Below are positions 33,827 through 48,846 of a stretch of 64,000 bases of DNA, piece by piece; positions within the stretch are counted from its first letter, which is position 1, and the number at the start of each line of letters is the position of its first letter. The notes below the pieces were generated by a model. It did no database searches. It was not told where the DNA came from and saw nothing but the letters and a program-made list of their open reading frames with translations. The stretch comes from Eledone cirrhosa. Its lineage: Eukaryota. Where the stretch lies: positions 1-64,000 of the forward strand of contig CAXHJY010000702.1 in assembly GCA_964016885.1 (NCBI GenBank). The letters are read 5' to 3'. A program made the translations under genes and the position numbers.

Positions 33827-35964
33827 TGTCTGAGATAGATAGAAATATTGGTGGAAAAGTAAATCAATATTCTGAATATAATCAGTTATTTTCTCTCTAC
33901 AACTATTGGACACAAGATAATGTTTGTCATGGGTTTTCTTTCAATTTAATATAGAACATTATACGAAAGCATTTGGCTATTATAATTCTTCATGATATAT
34001 CTTGTGACATTTTTTCTTCTTTTCTCCTATTCGAAACTTTCAGCATTTTTTTCTTCGACCTTAGTTTCTGTTACTGTCCTTCATTTTGTTCTTCAAGTAT
34101 TTTATATTATTTGTTTACATAAAAGAAGAATACATCTTTATAATCACGTCAGTTGTGGAGTGGATTTTGACTTTGTCATGAAAGCAATAACTATTAAGGA
34201 ATGAAAGCATACACAAGTGTATAAACAACCGAAAGCTTGTACAGAAACAGTTACTCCCCTATATACATATACTTTCAAAATATGTATGTATGCATATACA
34301 CAGAAAAGTATATGTGCACATACATTAATTTGATTATCTGCTGTAATAATGTTCAAGTCAAATGCAGTTAGCACCCATATATCTTGGAAGCATGTAGCAA
34401 TCAAAACGATGGAGCAAAACTATGTTTTCATTTCCATCAGCATAAAAGAGTTCGTGACTGTAAGAATATGGGAATGTTATAAATTGCAGAAATTCCTGAT
34501 TTTTGTCAACAGAATTTCTCTCTCTCTCTTTAATTGATGTATCTGTAAGCATTGTATTATTGGCATGGTAAGATACTTTAAGAAATGAATCCTGATGAAA
34601 TTCCCTAATATATCATCATTATGGACATCAATACCATACCATCATAACCAACATATACATGCCATTTTTATTATTATCTAGTACGTGGGAGATATAAACA
34701 ATATTTTGTTTTAAAGGATGCCATCTCTCACACATTTGTTTATTTTTGGTTTGTGATATCCAATCTATTTTCTGTATGTTACATACATTTGTGATGTAGC
34801 TGTTAACTTCTCACACGTAATTAGTTGTGTTTCTAATGGCAATCGTTTATCGATAATGTCATATTTGTTCATGTAGATTAGTTTTATTAAAATATGCTTC
34901 ATTTTAAGTGAAATCATTTTTCAAACATTTTAATTCCTGATACATAAAACGTGATTATCTGAAGAATATAAAGTATAACTAGATCCATGACATGCTGCAC
35001 TACTCATGTGAAGAATATAAGCTCTAATTTTATGATGTGTATAATATGTTTTTCCCTTAAATAAATTTCCTCATTTAACTCAAGTAACCTCGAGAAAATT
35101 CACAATACCCATAACGTGATAAACACTTGACAGAATAAGCATGAAGATTTAAAAGCATATGAATAAGCAATTCATACAATTAATAAACGACATTGCATAT
35201 GACTTTCAAATAATTTTGAAAATTATCAAGAATTTGGGAAGATTTAGTAATAACTTTCTGATTATTAATCAGGTGATTAGAGCATGAATTAACAAAAGCT
35301 CTTATATAAAACCGATTGGAGGTTTTTAGATAAATATAAAACACTGTAAAACAAAGTTTTGTATTGTGGATGAAGGTGCTGTTTCAGATGGTTCACTGTC
35401 AAAATAGTTAAGTTACAATCCCTTTCTTAAAGTTATTAAAAACTGTTTTCATGTATACATTATATTTATGAGAAAAAGAAGCAACTGCATTGGGGAACGA
35501 GGTTATGTGTTCCACCCATTCTGAAGCTATTTTCAAGATTTATCTTCATAAATGCAGTGTAAGTCTGACATGAGACTTATATCTTATATATTAGAAATAC
35601 CTGTGTTGTGAAGATTAAATATGTGCAACATAGGGTATAAGTTCATATTAGTGACTCTGAGTAGAAGTAACATGACTGAGATTGTAGTATAAAGAAGAAA
35701 GTTTTATGAAACCATGAAACAAATGTGTTTCTATTCCTTTACTAATAAACTTTGTTACACAATCCTAAATGTCAGTCAAGCATAATAAAGCATTGTTCTC
35801 ATAAGGCAAAAAATATAAAACAAAGAAAGAAAGAATAAAGTATGCTGTTTTTGCATATTTCACAGTGACACAGATCTTTATGGGTAGAGTCTGGATTAGA
35901 ACAAAACCTCATCAAAACAGTATTTTAATGAATTGTCAGAAGGAATAAAGTAAACAGCAGACAT

Positions 35965-36073
35965 TAAATCCCACGAGGTTTACTTTGCCTTTCATCCTTA
36001 CGGGGTCGATAAAATAAAGTACCAGTAATGCACTTGGTAATTGCTGGCCTTGTGCCTAAAGTAGAAACAATTA
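35965..36073 (+). mobile_element. 5'-truncated SINE (core family)
   Basis: Matches 27668-27777. Confidence 0.7.
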
Positions 36074-36798
36074 TTTGAAGATAAGGGATGAGTGATTTGT
36101 GCTTCAAAGAATACTTGGTGTTTGTTTGTTTGTTTGTTTTTATAATAGCAAATCTTCTCTAGGGTTAACTTTGGACCAAACACAAAATTTGAAAATAAAG
36201 GGACAATCTTGTTTTTTTCAATTGTTTGGTATGGAGAAAGGGTCAATCCCATTTGGCCCTAACAAGCTTTCTGATACTGGAGAGTTCAATACTGTTGATG
36301 CTACACTTAAATTGTAGGAGAAACATGAGCAAGGATGGTGATGCAGAGAGATGATGTTCTGAATTGGATGGACATGGTGCACTGGTTAATGAATGGACCT
36401 GTGTTGTTTTGCACACTATGAATGATAAGAGGAGAGATGATTATTTTGCTTTTTTTTCTTTTGTTACTACCTAAATAAGATTGCTGTTACTCCAATCCAC
36501 CAACAAAACAATTGGCAGACACCATAAACCGAAAGCAACATGTACTCTTGAATCCTGCTAAACCAATTTGCAGCATTGCCTCCAAATTCAGCAAATCGAA
36601 TGCAGACTGCCCACCTTCCCAAACTTGGCAAACAAAATACGGACTGTTATAACCACCAAATGGGGAAGGCAGCAACTGTCAGATTACTTAGTTTCTATGT
36701 AATAAAGCTAATATTATGTAATGTTTAGTTTGTTCACTATTTAATGGTTTGATAATTTGTTAACCTTATATGTATAGAAACAAAGTTATGAATTGCAA

Positions 36799-36891
36799 TT
36801 TTATTTTTTGTATTTTTCAGGTAAGTGTTGAAGCAAAACTTCTTTTATAAGGGCAGTAAACACATTTTCTTTGCAACGTAACAAGGTAACC
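36799..36891 (+). promoter_or_regulatory. Candidate recursive splice site (polypyrimidine-CAG|GTAAGT) with 65-nt RS-exon
   Basis: TTTTATTTTTTGTATTTTTCAG immediately followed by GTAAGT; second donor AAG|GTAACC at 36885/36886. Confidence 0.4.
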
Positions 36892-38059
36892 CACTTCAAT
36901 TCTAACTGATATATGTATCATTCTTCAGCAATGGTAAATACAAAGATTTAAGATTTGTAAAGAGCAGATGCAGTGACAAGGCAAAATAAACATGATGGTA
37001 GAATATCCCATCAATATGATAATCATTTAGTCATTGATGCAACATCATTACAGATGAGGAATGTATGTTCCCCAAAAATGTTGCATACTAACGACCTGTT
37101 TCTTTTTGTAATAGCATCACTTGAAATAATTCTGAAGTTAAACTTAACCCTTTGTAAACAACCCACCTATAACCAGCAGTATTTATGAAACAAAGCTACC
37201 CATTTTCAAGAGTTCCTTTTTAAATAATTATCTTAAAACATAAAAAGTCTTTGTTAATTTATATTACAAATATCAGTGTAATTATGAAATAACTAATGAT
37301 TTCAGTGAATCCCTCCAAATTATTCTGATTTAAAGTGAATTAAAGTTGATATCATTAGAAATGTGGCAAACAGTTTAAAGGCCTACAACATTTAAGTGTT
37401 TCAAGTGAGCCATGTCTAAATCATAAAGTTCGATAAGACCAGTGTATATATTTGTTTCTCAATAGTCTTAAAAGGATGTAATAGTAATCTTCTCTTGGAT
37501 GGTTTACTGTTATAGTTTTTCTTTTACTGGAGGGTTTTCTCAATGAACAAATTAAACACTGCACAGCAGGTCAATTAACAACTAATAGCTTTACAGTATT
37601 GCTGTTGGTGTCGTTTAGTCATAGGTCAGCCTGATTGGATAGACCTAACGAGCATCCCTTTTTCATGTGTGCTGTTTGTTTATCTTTTTTTTTTTTTTAG
37701 AAATATTGCACGGCATTATCTAAACTGTACTTTTGTTTCGAAGTTGGAGAAATGGCTGCTACTTTTAACAAATAAAATACACATGTAGAGTATTTTCTTA
37801 GAGCTAGATGAAATCAGTTCCTTTTAGTACTGTATTGGGTAATGACACAATAAATACAACACTGGTGGAAATATGAACTATATCCTGTTTTAAGTTTCGA
37901 CATCAAGCAATGTATGCACGTACACACACACACATATATGTATATTTATAGAGGGAATTGAAGGCGTGATTCCTCACTCACTGACCATACTTATCTCAGT
38001 TGAGAATCAGCTGACTTCTGATATTTATTATTTGTTTATACATATATATATATATGTGT

Positions 38060-38468
38060 TATTGAACATAACATATATCATTAGATAAATACGAAATTCA
38101 CACACTTGTATGTATACAGTTGTGTCAGAACTAAAATTTTAATTCTACTTTTAAGTTGAGGCAACTTACACAACTCCATATGCAAATGAGGCTAATCAGC
38201 CCATCTACATGCGAACAACGAAACATTTTCACCTGTTTGAAATTCCATCAGAGAGCAGAGAAAGCTCTGTTCTCATGATGGCCAGAGCCTGAAACACGAG
38301 TAGACATTTGTCCTCGCTACTTCTGCTGGAATCTGCTAGCCGGTGCTAGCTTTTCAATATTCATAGTTAGGCTTTCCAAATGTTTACGTATTAAACATAC
38401 CATATTTCATTAGATATCCGAAATACTCATACTTGTATATATACAGCTATGTTAGGGCTAAACTTTTA
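38060..38468 (+). mobile_element. ~329-bp unit plus partial tandem copy carrying a decayed hammerhead (retrozyme-like)
   Basis: 38060-38140 is repeated, diverged, at 38389-38468; hammerhead-like motif at 38268-38306. Confidence 0.6.
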
Positions 38469-41400
38469 TTATATATAAAATCTATAATAAGTAATCAGTC
38501 TCAAGACCATCAATATCAAACATATATAAAAACAAACAAGTTTCAGCTTGAGATGGCAGCGTAGAGGCTCAAATTTATTATCCATTTTATATATCTACAA
38601 ACAGAAAGAGAAAAAAGTAAAATTTTGTGGAGAAAGAAAAAATAATTTTCAAAATGTTGGGTAGAAATAATGAGGGAGCAAATTCTACAATTTTGTGTGT
38701 AAAGTTGTGTGCCTCAGACAAGACTGTGAAAATATTATCATGGTGAAAAGCATTTAATACCCACTACATCAGCCATTTAACATCACTGGGCTCCTTCATT
38801 AGACAAGATGCTCTGTCCCTGATTTGACAGAGGTAAACAACAGTCTGGCGAGAAAAGACACCACAGGTCTCAAAAGTGACCTGATCAAATATGAAATGGC
38901 CAGTCAGGACTATACAAGAAAAACAGTTAATCTAACAGGAAAGTTTAGGTTGTAAAACAAGGAAACATAGTTATGCTGGAATCACAACTTTGTCTTCGTC
39001 GTCTTCTTCGTCTTCCTTGTCTTCATCTTTTTCTTTCACTTATTTCTGGGAGGTCATGGGAGCAGAGTCCTCAAACACTCCTTTTAGTAGGTCCTTCCTG
39101 CAGCAACCAATCACAGTGTATCTGACTGGATCCCTACGTGAGGCCATCTGTGTTTTCTTCCAGTTTGTTTTGCCTGTAAAATCAGGTCAGCAATGTTTTC
39201 CTAAAACCTTCTAACCATATGCATGTAGTATAAAGATGTGTATTTTGATAAATCAAGTTTTCAATATAAAGTGATTAGGGAAAGTTGATTTAGCAAAATA
39301 CACTTCTTGATAGTTTCACTCATTCTTTATAATGAATATTTCTCAGAATACATAGAACTCAATGGAAAAAAAACAAAAGGGAAGATATATATAGAGAGAG
39401 AGACATCATAATTAATTCCAAAATGAATTATTTCCTGACTTACTTAACATTGATTCTAATTTCCTCTTCTCAAGGCACTGTTTAATTAACAGAGGAATAG
39501 AAACATGATACAAGATGACTTGGATATTCTAGTACCATTTATATTACCTAATCAATTCCTACTAACAAGCTATATTAGAGCTGATGTTTTCCGTGTGTAA
39601 AGCAATTATGTATCTAATAATATCATCAGCTAAGCATATAAGTATACAAACAATTAATTATTAGTATATCAATTATTAAATAAAATACCTTTCTCAATTA
39701 CAGCCATATATATGATTATTTGTGATGAATAATTTCCAATTGTTGAATAAAATTTTTAAATATTTACAGTGAGTTAGTAACACGAGAAAAATCCTCTTTG
39801 GTCATAGCACACTATAACTTGGCATTTGGAAAGTTTCTCTCCCATACATAAGCATGGGCAAGGTGTTTTGCTCAAGCATGCCAATATTCCCTTTCCACAT
39901 GAATTATATTGACAAAGTGAAAGGCAAATGTCAATACAGCTTGGCACCAGTAACGTTCCTACACATTTTTTTCCAGCTACGTAAACTGGATTAAAACAAA
40001 ATAGTGCTTTGTTGAAGGACACAACAGACTATTCAATCTGTGAATTGAATGCTCATTACAATCATGAACCAAACATCTTAACTACTAAGCCACACACCTT
40101 CACAATATAGATTCATTTGTGTATTCACTGAATACTTTTTGTGTCATTTTGATAGCATTTACCCTAATTTAATACATTAGTCAATCAGGATTCTTGCTAA
40201 TTACTATTAAAAGCCAATGATAAAAAGTAAAAGAACTGAAGCAAATTATCCAATAAATCATATTAGTTTCAGATTAAGACAATATACTTAATAATTGATG
40301 ATAAACATTAAAAACAGACACACACTTATATTTGTGTGTGTATTTTCAATTGTTTATATTTATCTACACACCTTCCAACAATTTTATGTAAGAACTTATG
40401 TTACTTTTTCCTCTAAACACCAGATAAGTAATGTGAAAAATAATTATACTTATGAGTTCCTTTTTGAGAAATGCTTTACTGCCACCAACCCTTTTAATAA
40501 ATAAGGAGTATAATACAACTATTCTAAACAGAATGCATATAACATTTGGATACATGAATTATACGAGAGAAACTCTTTTGTACATTTTTGGTCAGGTGTT
40601 AAGAGGGTATGATTTAACTTTTTTTCCTTCTCTAAACTATACAAGCAGAATTTAGAAATAGTTAAAATATAGATTAAAATCCTCTTAAATCATTGACTGT
40701 GAAGACCTTTTATGGACAACTTCATGCTTTTACTCTTCAGCACTACATACATTCATACATACATTTTAAAACCAGAAGAACATACATATATACATACAGC
40801 ATATTTTCCAAAGTACCATTTCCTCAGGAATGCCAAGCAATTTAACATCATAATAATGGGAAGTCAACTTAACACTGATGTATTCATACCAGAAATAAGT
40901 CATATCGCATAAATACTTGTGGTAAATCATCCTCTAAAAGTAGTGGTGGTTTAATTACTCCCAAAGATATTGATACAGGTGGGAAGCATATCTCTTTGAT
41001 AATTTTGATAAGCTATTCTCTGGAATTAGAAGGTTAACTACTCACAAATATTTTCATATGGTAGAGAAGTCATATACATAACTACACATATAGAAACATG
41101 CATACACTCACACTTTCCTTTTTCTACTTCTGTACACTACACATTTATAAATCTATTATATTACACACAAAGACAAATCTTAAATACTTTAAAGGTTATA
41201 CACAGCAGCTGGTTCTAATATTTATGTTGTTCACACATTCCTACTTAAAGACCCAATTATGTGAAACATAAAGCAGTTATGTTATATATTGTTTTATATA
41301 TCAGAACTGATGGTAAATAATGTAAACAATGTGTTTAATGATGTTAGATATCTTGGTCAGTTATGAAGACTTAGTTTATTTTTTTGAAGATGGAAAGACA

Positions 41401-42199
41401 AATAGGTCACATAAGTATAGTCATTCACACATAAATATGAATACACACACACACCTATATGCATACATAAACATGCACACATATGTTTAGACATGCTTAT
41501 ATTTACACTTGATCATTGAGAAACCCAATTCTCCACACTCACAGCAATGTTGTGTTACATACAATAATGGTTCCACAGATACAGACAGATACAATCAGTC
41601 TGCAAAGGAGAACAGAAGATGATTTATTGAATATAATTCAATGAAAGTGAGTTGCTGTTCTTTATTTCTTCTCCATGAATAGTTCATTCAGTTTGTTTTT
41701 GAATGATTTATTGCAAATTGTGTGGGTGTTTTGCTCAAACAATAATGATGAACCAATTTCCATTTTTGATAAAATAAAAGGTTCATTAAGTTCAGAGTAG
41801 TTTTCATATAGTTTCAAACATATCTACTTGTTATATTTCCAATAGTCATATTGGTATTTTGAGAGAAACATAAAACTAGAGGTGATAAGTGAGTTAGTAT
41901 TTCAAGGATAGCAACTAATACAGAGCAATTGATAGTAAAGGAGATTTTGAACAATTTTTTAAATCAATATATTCTGAACATCATCATTATTATCATTTTA
42001 TGTTCTCTTTCCATGTTTGAGCAGGTTGTTACACTATGAGTTATTTTAAACACCTCACACTTCTGATTTGCATGCTTTAGTTCCTTGGTAAAGCTCTTAC
42101 AGCCTGCGTTTCCCCTTGCTAATTATGCACAATGTCTAGCTTCTCTACTAGCTAATTGGCATCAGAATCGGAGGATTGTCGGACATTATGCTTTGCAGT

Positions 42200-42370
42200 A
42201 TATAGTTATGGCCCTTTACATTCTGATTTCAAATCCTGCCAAGGTGAGCTTTACCGTTCATCTTTACGGGATGAATAAAATAAAGCCCTAGTAATGCACT
42301 CGGATCGATTTAATGGACCTTCCCCTTCTCTAAAATTGCTAGCCTTGTGCCTAAATCAGAAACCATTATT
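42200..42370 (+). mobile_element. SINE (core family, diverged)
   Basis: Similar to 20670-20840. Confidence 0.6.
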
Positions 42371-44416
42371 CTCGGCTGTCTTCCTTTTGAATTTTTCTCT
42401 ATCTACAGAACTATTCCACCTCTGTCATTTGTCATTAGACTGGATATGTGCAAAAAACCTATCTGGTCTTGCCTTCAGCAAGTTGTTTCATGGAAACTCC
42501 TAGTTGCCCTCTGTTAGAAGTTTCCAGCTTCTTCCGCCTCTATTCAAATGCTCTCTCATATTTCTAGAAGTGTTTAATGTCTCTTGAAGCATCTATATCC
42601 GTTTATTTTCCCCTAAACTAACTTGTTTCTCTGTATTTGTCTAACACTTACACTGAAATCACCTATCACTAAACTGTGAGCAATATTAATTACCAAGGAA
42701 GGACGTAGCATACACAATCAACTCTCTCTCCCATTATATGATGAATTCGAAGTCTATCATTTTTTATGTTCACTGAATGAGAGGTGGTTGCTCAGTTTCT
42801 TGAAGTTAATATTGCAAATTTTCAAAAATAATTAACATCACACAACACTAATTGACTTGATACTTCTCATTCTTTCAAACAAACCCATATCTTTCTATGC
42901 ACATCATGGAATCTATCATGGTTTTGTTGCCCCAAATGTCTGTTAATGTTAACATGTATGATAAACAGGTTACTGACATTTGTTATTGATACAGTCTGCA
43001 TGAACACCTGAGAAACAATCTGCTTGCTGATAGTATAAACAGAGATAAACATTACTATCATATTTCCAAAACCTATCACACAATCTGACTACCTTGGATA
43101 CTTAATCAACACATTTTTCTACCAAGGGCATGGCTATTCCACCCAAACTGTTGTTACTATCAACTCCAAATAATTCCCACCAGTGTTCCTTGTGGATTCG
43201 TATTCTGGCTGATGCTCACCTTTATCTTATCACTTTTTATAGAATACACATCTATGTTTCCTAAGTTCTAGCACCAGTACAATCTCTCTGAACTACACAT
43301 TAATTTTGTTTATGTTGATTGTTAGAGGACTGAACTTTAGTAGGTGGCTTGATGTTTGTTTTCTAAAAGGAAGAGATTTTGGTCAATTGCTTGAAGAGAG
43401 CAAGTTCTCAGACATTGCTAGATATTGCTATGTTTTCTACTTCCAACCTTGCAAATAATGTAAGGGCGAGAAACAAAATTGAATACCTATATCTAATCTT
43501 TAACCATCTGCCTATTGGGTTTCCCACTGTTATATATTAGAGCTATCTTGTTGCATGATATTTCGAGTGCTGACCATATTTAATTTTTAGAGTAGAGGCT
43601 TGTATACAAAGATTAAGGAGATATATGAACAATCCTACAAACTTGAAATTTGATATTGATAAATCCGTAAGTGAAACTATAATTTCTATTGATTACTGTT
43701 TCGTAAATTCCATATCTATATCTATTTTATAATATCCAGCTGAATTTTCAAAGTGACAAAAAATTGCTATTAATAAATGTTATGCTTGGCTGCCTGATGC
43801 CTAAAACTCAAACAGATACAGCAGTTGATTTGGTGTTTCGCTAAAGATATGAATGTGGATGGATACAGCAAGTTTTGTTGTCTGCTATAGCCACATCAAG
43901 GCAGGACTAAGAGGAAATGATTGTCAATAACTCCAATTAACTTCAAAACCAAAGACATGGTGAATATGAACAGTCTGAAACATCCCTTCCTATTAACCAT
44001 GCCTACCAACACACCTTATAACAATAACATGAATCATATACACATATGGAGAGAGGCCTTTGATGTAACATCAAATGCAGGTCTGACTATATATTAATAC
44101 ATGGCTGTGCTTTACATATGGATTAAATATAGATTACCTAATGTGCTATCATAAGATCGCATGCCTGGATTGCATCATGGTATCAGGGGTTAACCAGTTC
44201 ACCATAGAAATGCAAGTGGTTATTGCATAATTAAAGAAATTATGAAACCTATATTGTGTTGTAATATTGTTGTATTTAACTCTGACCCACACAATGCCAT
44301 ATCAAAATTGGTAAAATGCACATTGGATGCTCATTCCTTATTACACCATGTTTTCCTGATCAGAGAAAATTAATCCCAGCCATGGCTACTGATTAGGAAG
44401 CACTCTATTACACAAG

Positions 44417-45305
<889 letters not shown>

Positions 45306-46649
45306 ATCATCATCATCATCATCATCAACGTTTAACGTCCGTGTTCCACGCTTGCATGGGTTTGGACGGGGGTAGTCCCACTTGAGGCAAGAGTGATTGT
45401 CTTGCTCGCATAGGACTGTCTGGCAGGTTTTCTACAGTTGGATGCCCTTCCTAACACCAACCACATTTACAGTGTGGGTCTGAGAGGTTTTTACCGTGTT
45501 GCCTACACGGCCACATTACAGCGTGGACTGTGTGTTTTTTTGTCGTGACACCTACACGATCTCATTTGTTTCGGCCCGGATGGCGCGGCACCAACATAAC
45601 TTTACATAGGACGGGGTGGTGTGGATGGGGTGGGGGTGGTGGTGGTGGGACGGGGTGTATTTTGTTAGAGATGCCTACTGGCAAGGCGGGTCTTCTCTGT
45701 TACTGAGTACCGCCAAAGGTCTCGGTCCAGTGACATTGTCTTGGAGAGGTGTAAGTGTGTGAGGTCGGAGTTTATCAGCTCGTCCCAGGTTTTTCTAGGT
45801 CTGCCTATTCCGTGGCTACCGTCTATCTTTATTGCCCTGCACTTTGTTATACAGCTATCGACTTTCATGCGCATCACGTGTCCATACCAACGTAGCCTTC
45901 TCTCGAGTAAACAACATCTGATCCCTCTTATCTCTAATTTTTTCCTTAGTTCTTTTATGCTTTGCCGTTCACGTATATTACTGTTACACATCCAGCGGAG
46001 CATGCAAGCTTCGTTCCTCTCTAGTCTGCGTATATCCTCTGCACACAATGCCCAGGTCTCACTGCCATGCAACATTGCTGTTCGTATGCAGGCATCGTAC
46101 AACCTGCCTTTCATTTTTAGGGAGAACCCTTTAGCAGCTAATAGTGGTATAAGCTCTCTGAACTTTTTCCAACCAGTTCTGACTCTAGCTACAGTACTTT
46201 CAGAGCACCCTCCCCCACTGCTGATTTTATCGCCCAGGTAACGGAAGCTGTCCACTATTTCTATAGAACCCTCTGCGCAATTGAAAGAGCTAGTATTGTG
46301 TGGGCACTTGCTGCTACTTATTGCACCAGAACACCGGCCACATGTAAAATCTATGTTCTTAGTTAGCTTACCTGTGATCCCACTACATCTTTTATGCACC
46401 CATACTTTGCATTTAGGACACAAAATGGAGTTTCTACCTACGCCTTTCCTACACACCGAGCACGACCATTTCCCAGAAGGGACCGCCGCCTTGTTTTCTT
46501 TCCTACAAACTAGAACTTTGGTCTTAGCCAGGTTAATTTTAAGTCCTTTTGACTCTAGGCCGTGCTTCCATGATTGGAATTTCTTCTCTAGCTCGGCCAT
46601 TGATTCCGCTATGAGTGTCAGGTCGTCTGCGTATAGGAGTTCCCATGGG
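45306..46649 (-). mobile_element. 5'-truncated RTE-clade LINE (RT C-terminal half with PHD-like Cys insert, 3' UTR, (GAT)n tail)
   Basis: Open frame 46648-45665: [63 protein letters not shown]; the ORF's N-terminal YI portion is microsatellite. Confidence 0.92.
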
Positions 46650-46657
46650 TATATATG

Positions 46658-46710
<53 letters not shown>

Positions 46711-46931
46711 GTATATATATGTATATATATATATGTATATATATGTATATATATGTATATATATGTATATATATATATATGTATATATATGTATATATAT
46801 ATATATATGTATATATATGTATATATATATATATATGTATATATATGTATATATATATATATATGTATATATATGTATATATATATATATATGTATATAT
46901 ATGTATATATATATATATATGTATATATATG

Positions 46932-46966
<35 letters not shown>

Positions 46967-47083
46967 GTATATATATGTATATATATATATATATGTATAT
47001 ATATGTATATATATATATATATGTATATATATGTATATATATATGTATATATATGTATATATATATATATATGTATATATATG

Positions 47084-47139
<56 letters not shown>

Positions 47140-47145
47140 TGTATG

Positions 47146-47194
<49 letters not shown>

Positions 47195-47291
47195 GTATGT
47201 ATATATATATATGTATATATATGTATGTATATATATATATGTATATATATGTATATATATATATATATGTATATATGTATATATATATATG

Positions 47292-47323
<32 letters not shown>
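46650..47323. repeat. (TA)n/(TATATG)n microsatellite, left flank of Penelope element
   Basis: Direct reading. Confidence 0.97.
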
Positions 47324-47804
47324 TATATGAAATATAAGAATCAAAGAACTGTTCAAAACATTATTGTGCTTACAGCTGTTTCCTCCAAACCGAGGTTTGG
47401 ATTCTTCGGAGCAATTTATTAATGCATGGACAGTTATATGACCTCCTTTTCAGCCAAGAGACATACCGATACATATGCAAATATTGTGGGTCAACATTCA
47501 TTACCGAATTTAGAGTGGCAGTACACACTTCGAGATTACATTCATATTAAGAGGTACAATCAAAAATCAAAAATACAGGTTAAAATACAACAGGAAGATA
47601 AGCGGTTATATAGTGCAAATGTTATATGTGTGGCAAGCATGTGCGTCTTGTTTATATAGTGTGGCAGAGAGATATGTGTGGTAGAGGCACTTAGGTAGGT
47701 AAACAAGAGTGTTAGGTTGGTAGATCTGGTGGCAAATTCTTTATATGATTGATATAGTCTGTGTGTGGAGAAATGTTATAAGCATTAAAAATAATGCAAG
47801 CATT
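47324..47804 (-). repeat. 3' pseudo-LTR
   Basis: Matches 51515-51995 at offset 4191; five substitutions seen. Confidence 0.92.
47363..47415 (-). ncRNA. Type I hammerhead ribozyme in pseudo-LTR (variant core CCGAAGA)
   Basis: UGCU-CCGAAGA-A-UCCAAAC-CUCG-GUUUGGA-G-GAAAC-AGCU-GUA-AGCA; palindromic stem III ACAGCUGU. Confidence 0.75.
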
Positions 47805-48846
47805 AAAAGTGTTAAAAGTATTGGAGATGCACAGCGAAGGGATGTCAAGTATTTCATGTACTTCGACATGTTCATGGTCAGGGGAGTGTATTTTTCGATT
47901 ATATGCCCCTCACATAATCCACGACAATTCGATATTGAGCGTTTGGCAATCCAGTTAGAGAATCGTAGTCTGATGTTCTTTAGTTCAATACAGGAGGCTG
48001 TTACGTTTCGGAAAACGACATTGAATACCACCCGGAAGTGTGTGTGTGGCTAAGGGGAGGTAACTCCGGGGTTTTTATACGTAGCTATTAAAATGTGTCA
48101 CAATATAGGCCCTAATTTCTATGGTAATGCGCATCCTCCAAAAATTTTTTTAAATCATAAGGTGTATTAACTATAGAGTAGTTTAATTAAGTTATGCTGA
48201 AGGTGTTCATATTATTATGGTGGATTAACCCCCATCGTAAGGTGCCACAAATGGATATTATAGATGATGAGCGAGGATTCTAAATTAATGATCTCTGTGG
48301 TTGTAGTCTACTCATAGGACCAGGCGCGGTGAATGCAGGATTGCTTCAGGACCCAATGATCTCTGGTAAGTTCTGTGTCATCGCTTGCTACATTGGATGT
48401 CGAAAGATAATCATCTCCAGGCCGGCCAGAGGTCAATCCGCAGTCCTCACGACCCCTTTCTGACCGCCAGATCATCCATATATGTACAACCCGCACGCCA
48501 GTTGCAATGCATTCATTCTCTGCGCTCAGCATCCTGGTCCTACTGCTCAACAGCGTTACTAGATTAAATCGTTTTTCATCTGTCTAAGGAAGGTGCTTCC
48601 TCCGCACAACACTATCAAACCGATCAATTCATGCTTAAATTACCTATAGAGCGGTGTAGTGCAGTTCAAGTGGGTGGATGTTGTCACACCTGACGTAGAG
48701 GTATAAATGGGTATTCTCCCTGCGAAGGGTTCCAGAGGGATGTCGTTGTTTGTGTTATATTAGATCAGTTAGTGTTGGGTAAGTAGTATAAGGTGTGCCT
48801 CTGGTGTTTGATGCTAGATGTGGTGTTTGGTTCCAGTCCGACATTG

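Noticed and set aside
32987-37380. TTAACC-starting AT-rich repeats (32987, ~35140-35420 reversed, 37143; also 15185, 25781) as MITEs
   Set aside because: Similarity is weak and paired termini could not be defined confidently by eye
45741-46241. Antisense ORFs over LINE/PLE coding regions (also 58510-59334, 54727-55116, 50288-50818)
   Set aside because: Shadow frames of the true opposite-strand ORFs
47426-48567. Small ORFs in the pseudo-LTR and 3' region (77, 96, 102, 80, 60 aa)
   Set aside because: No recognisable motifs; the 77-aa duplicate at 51617 only reflects the repeat
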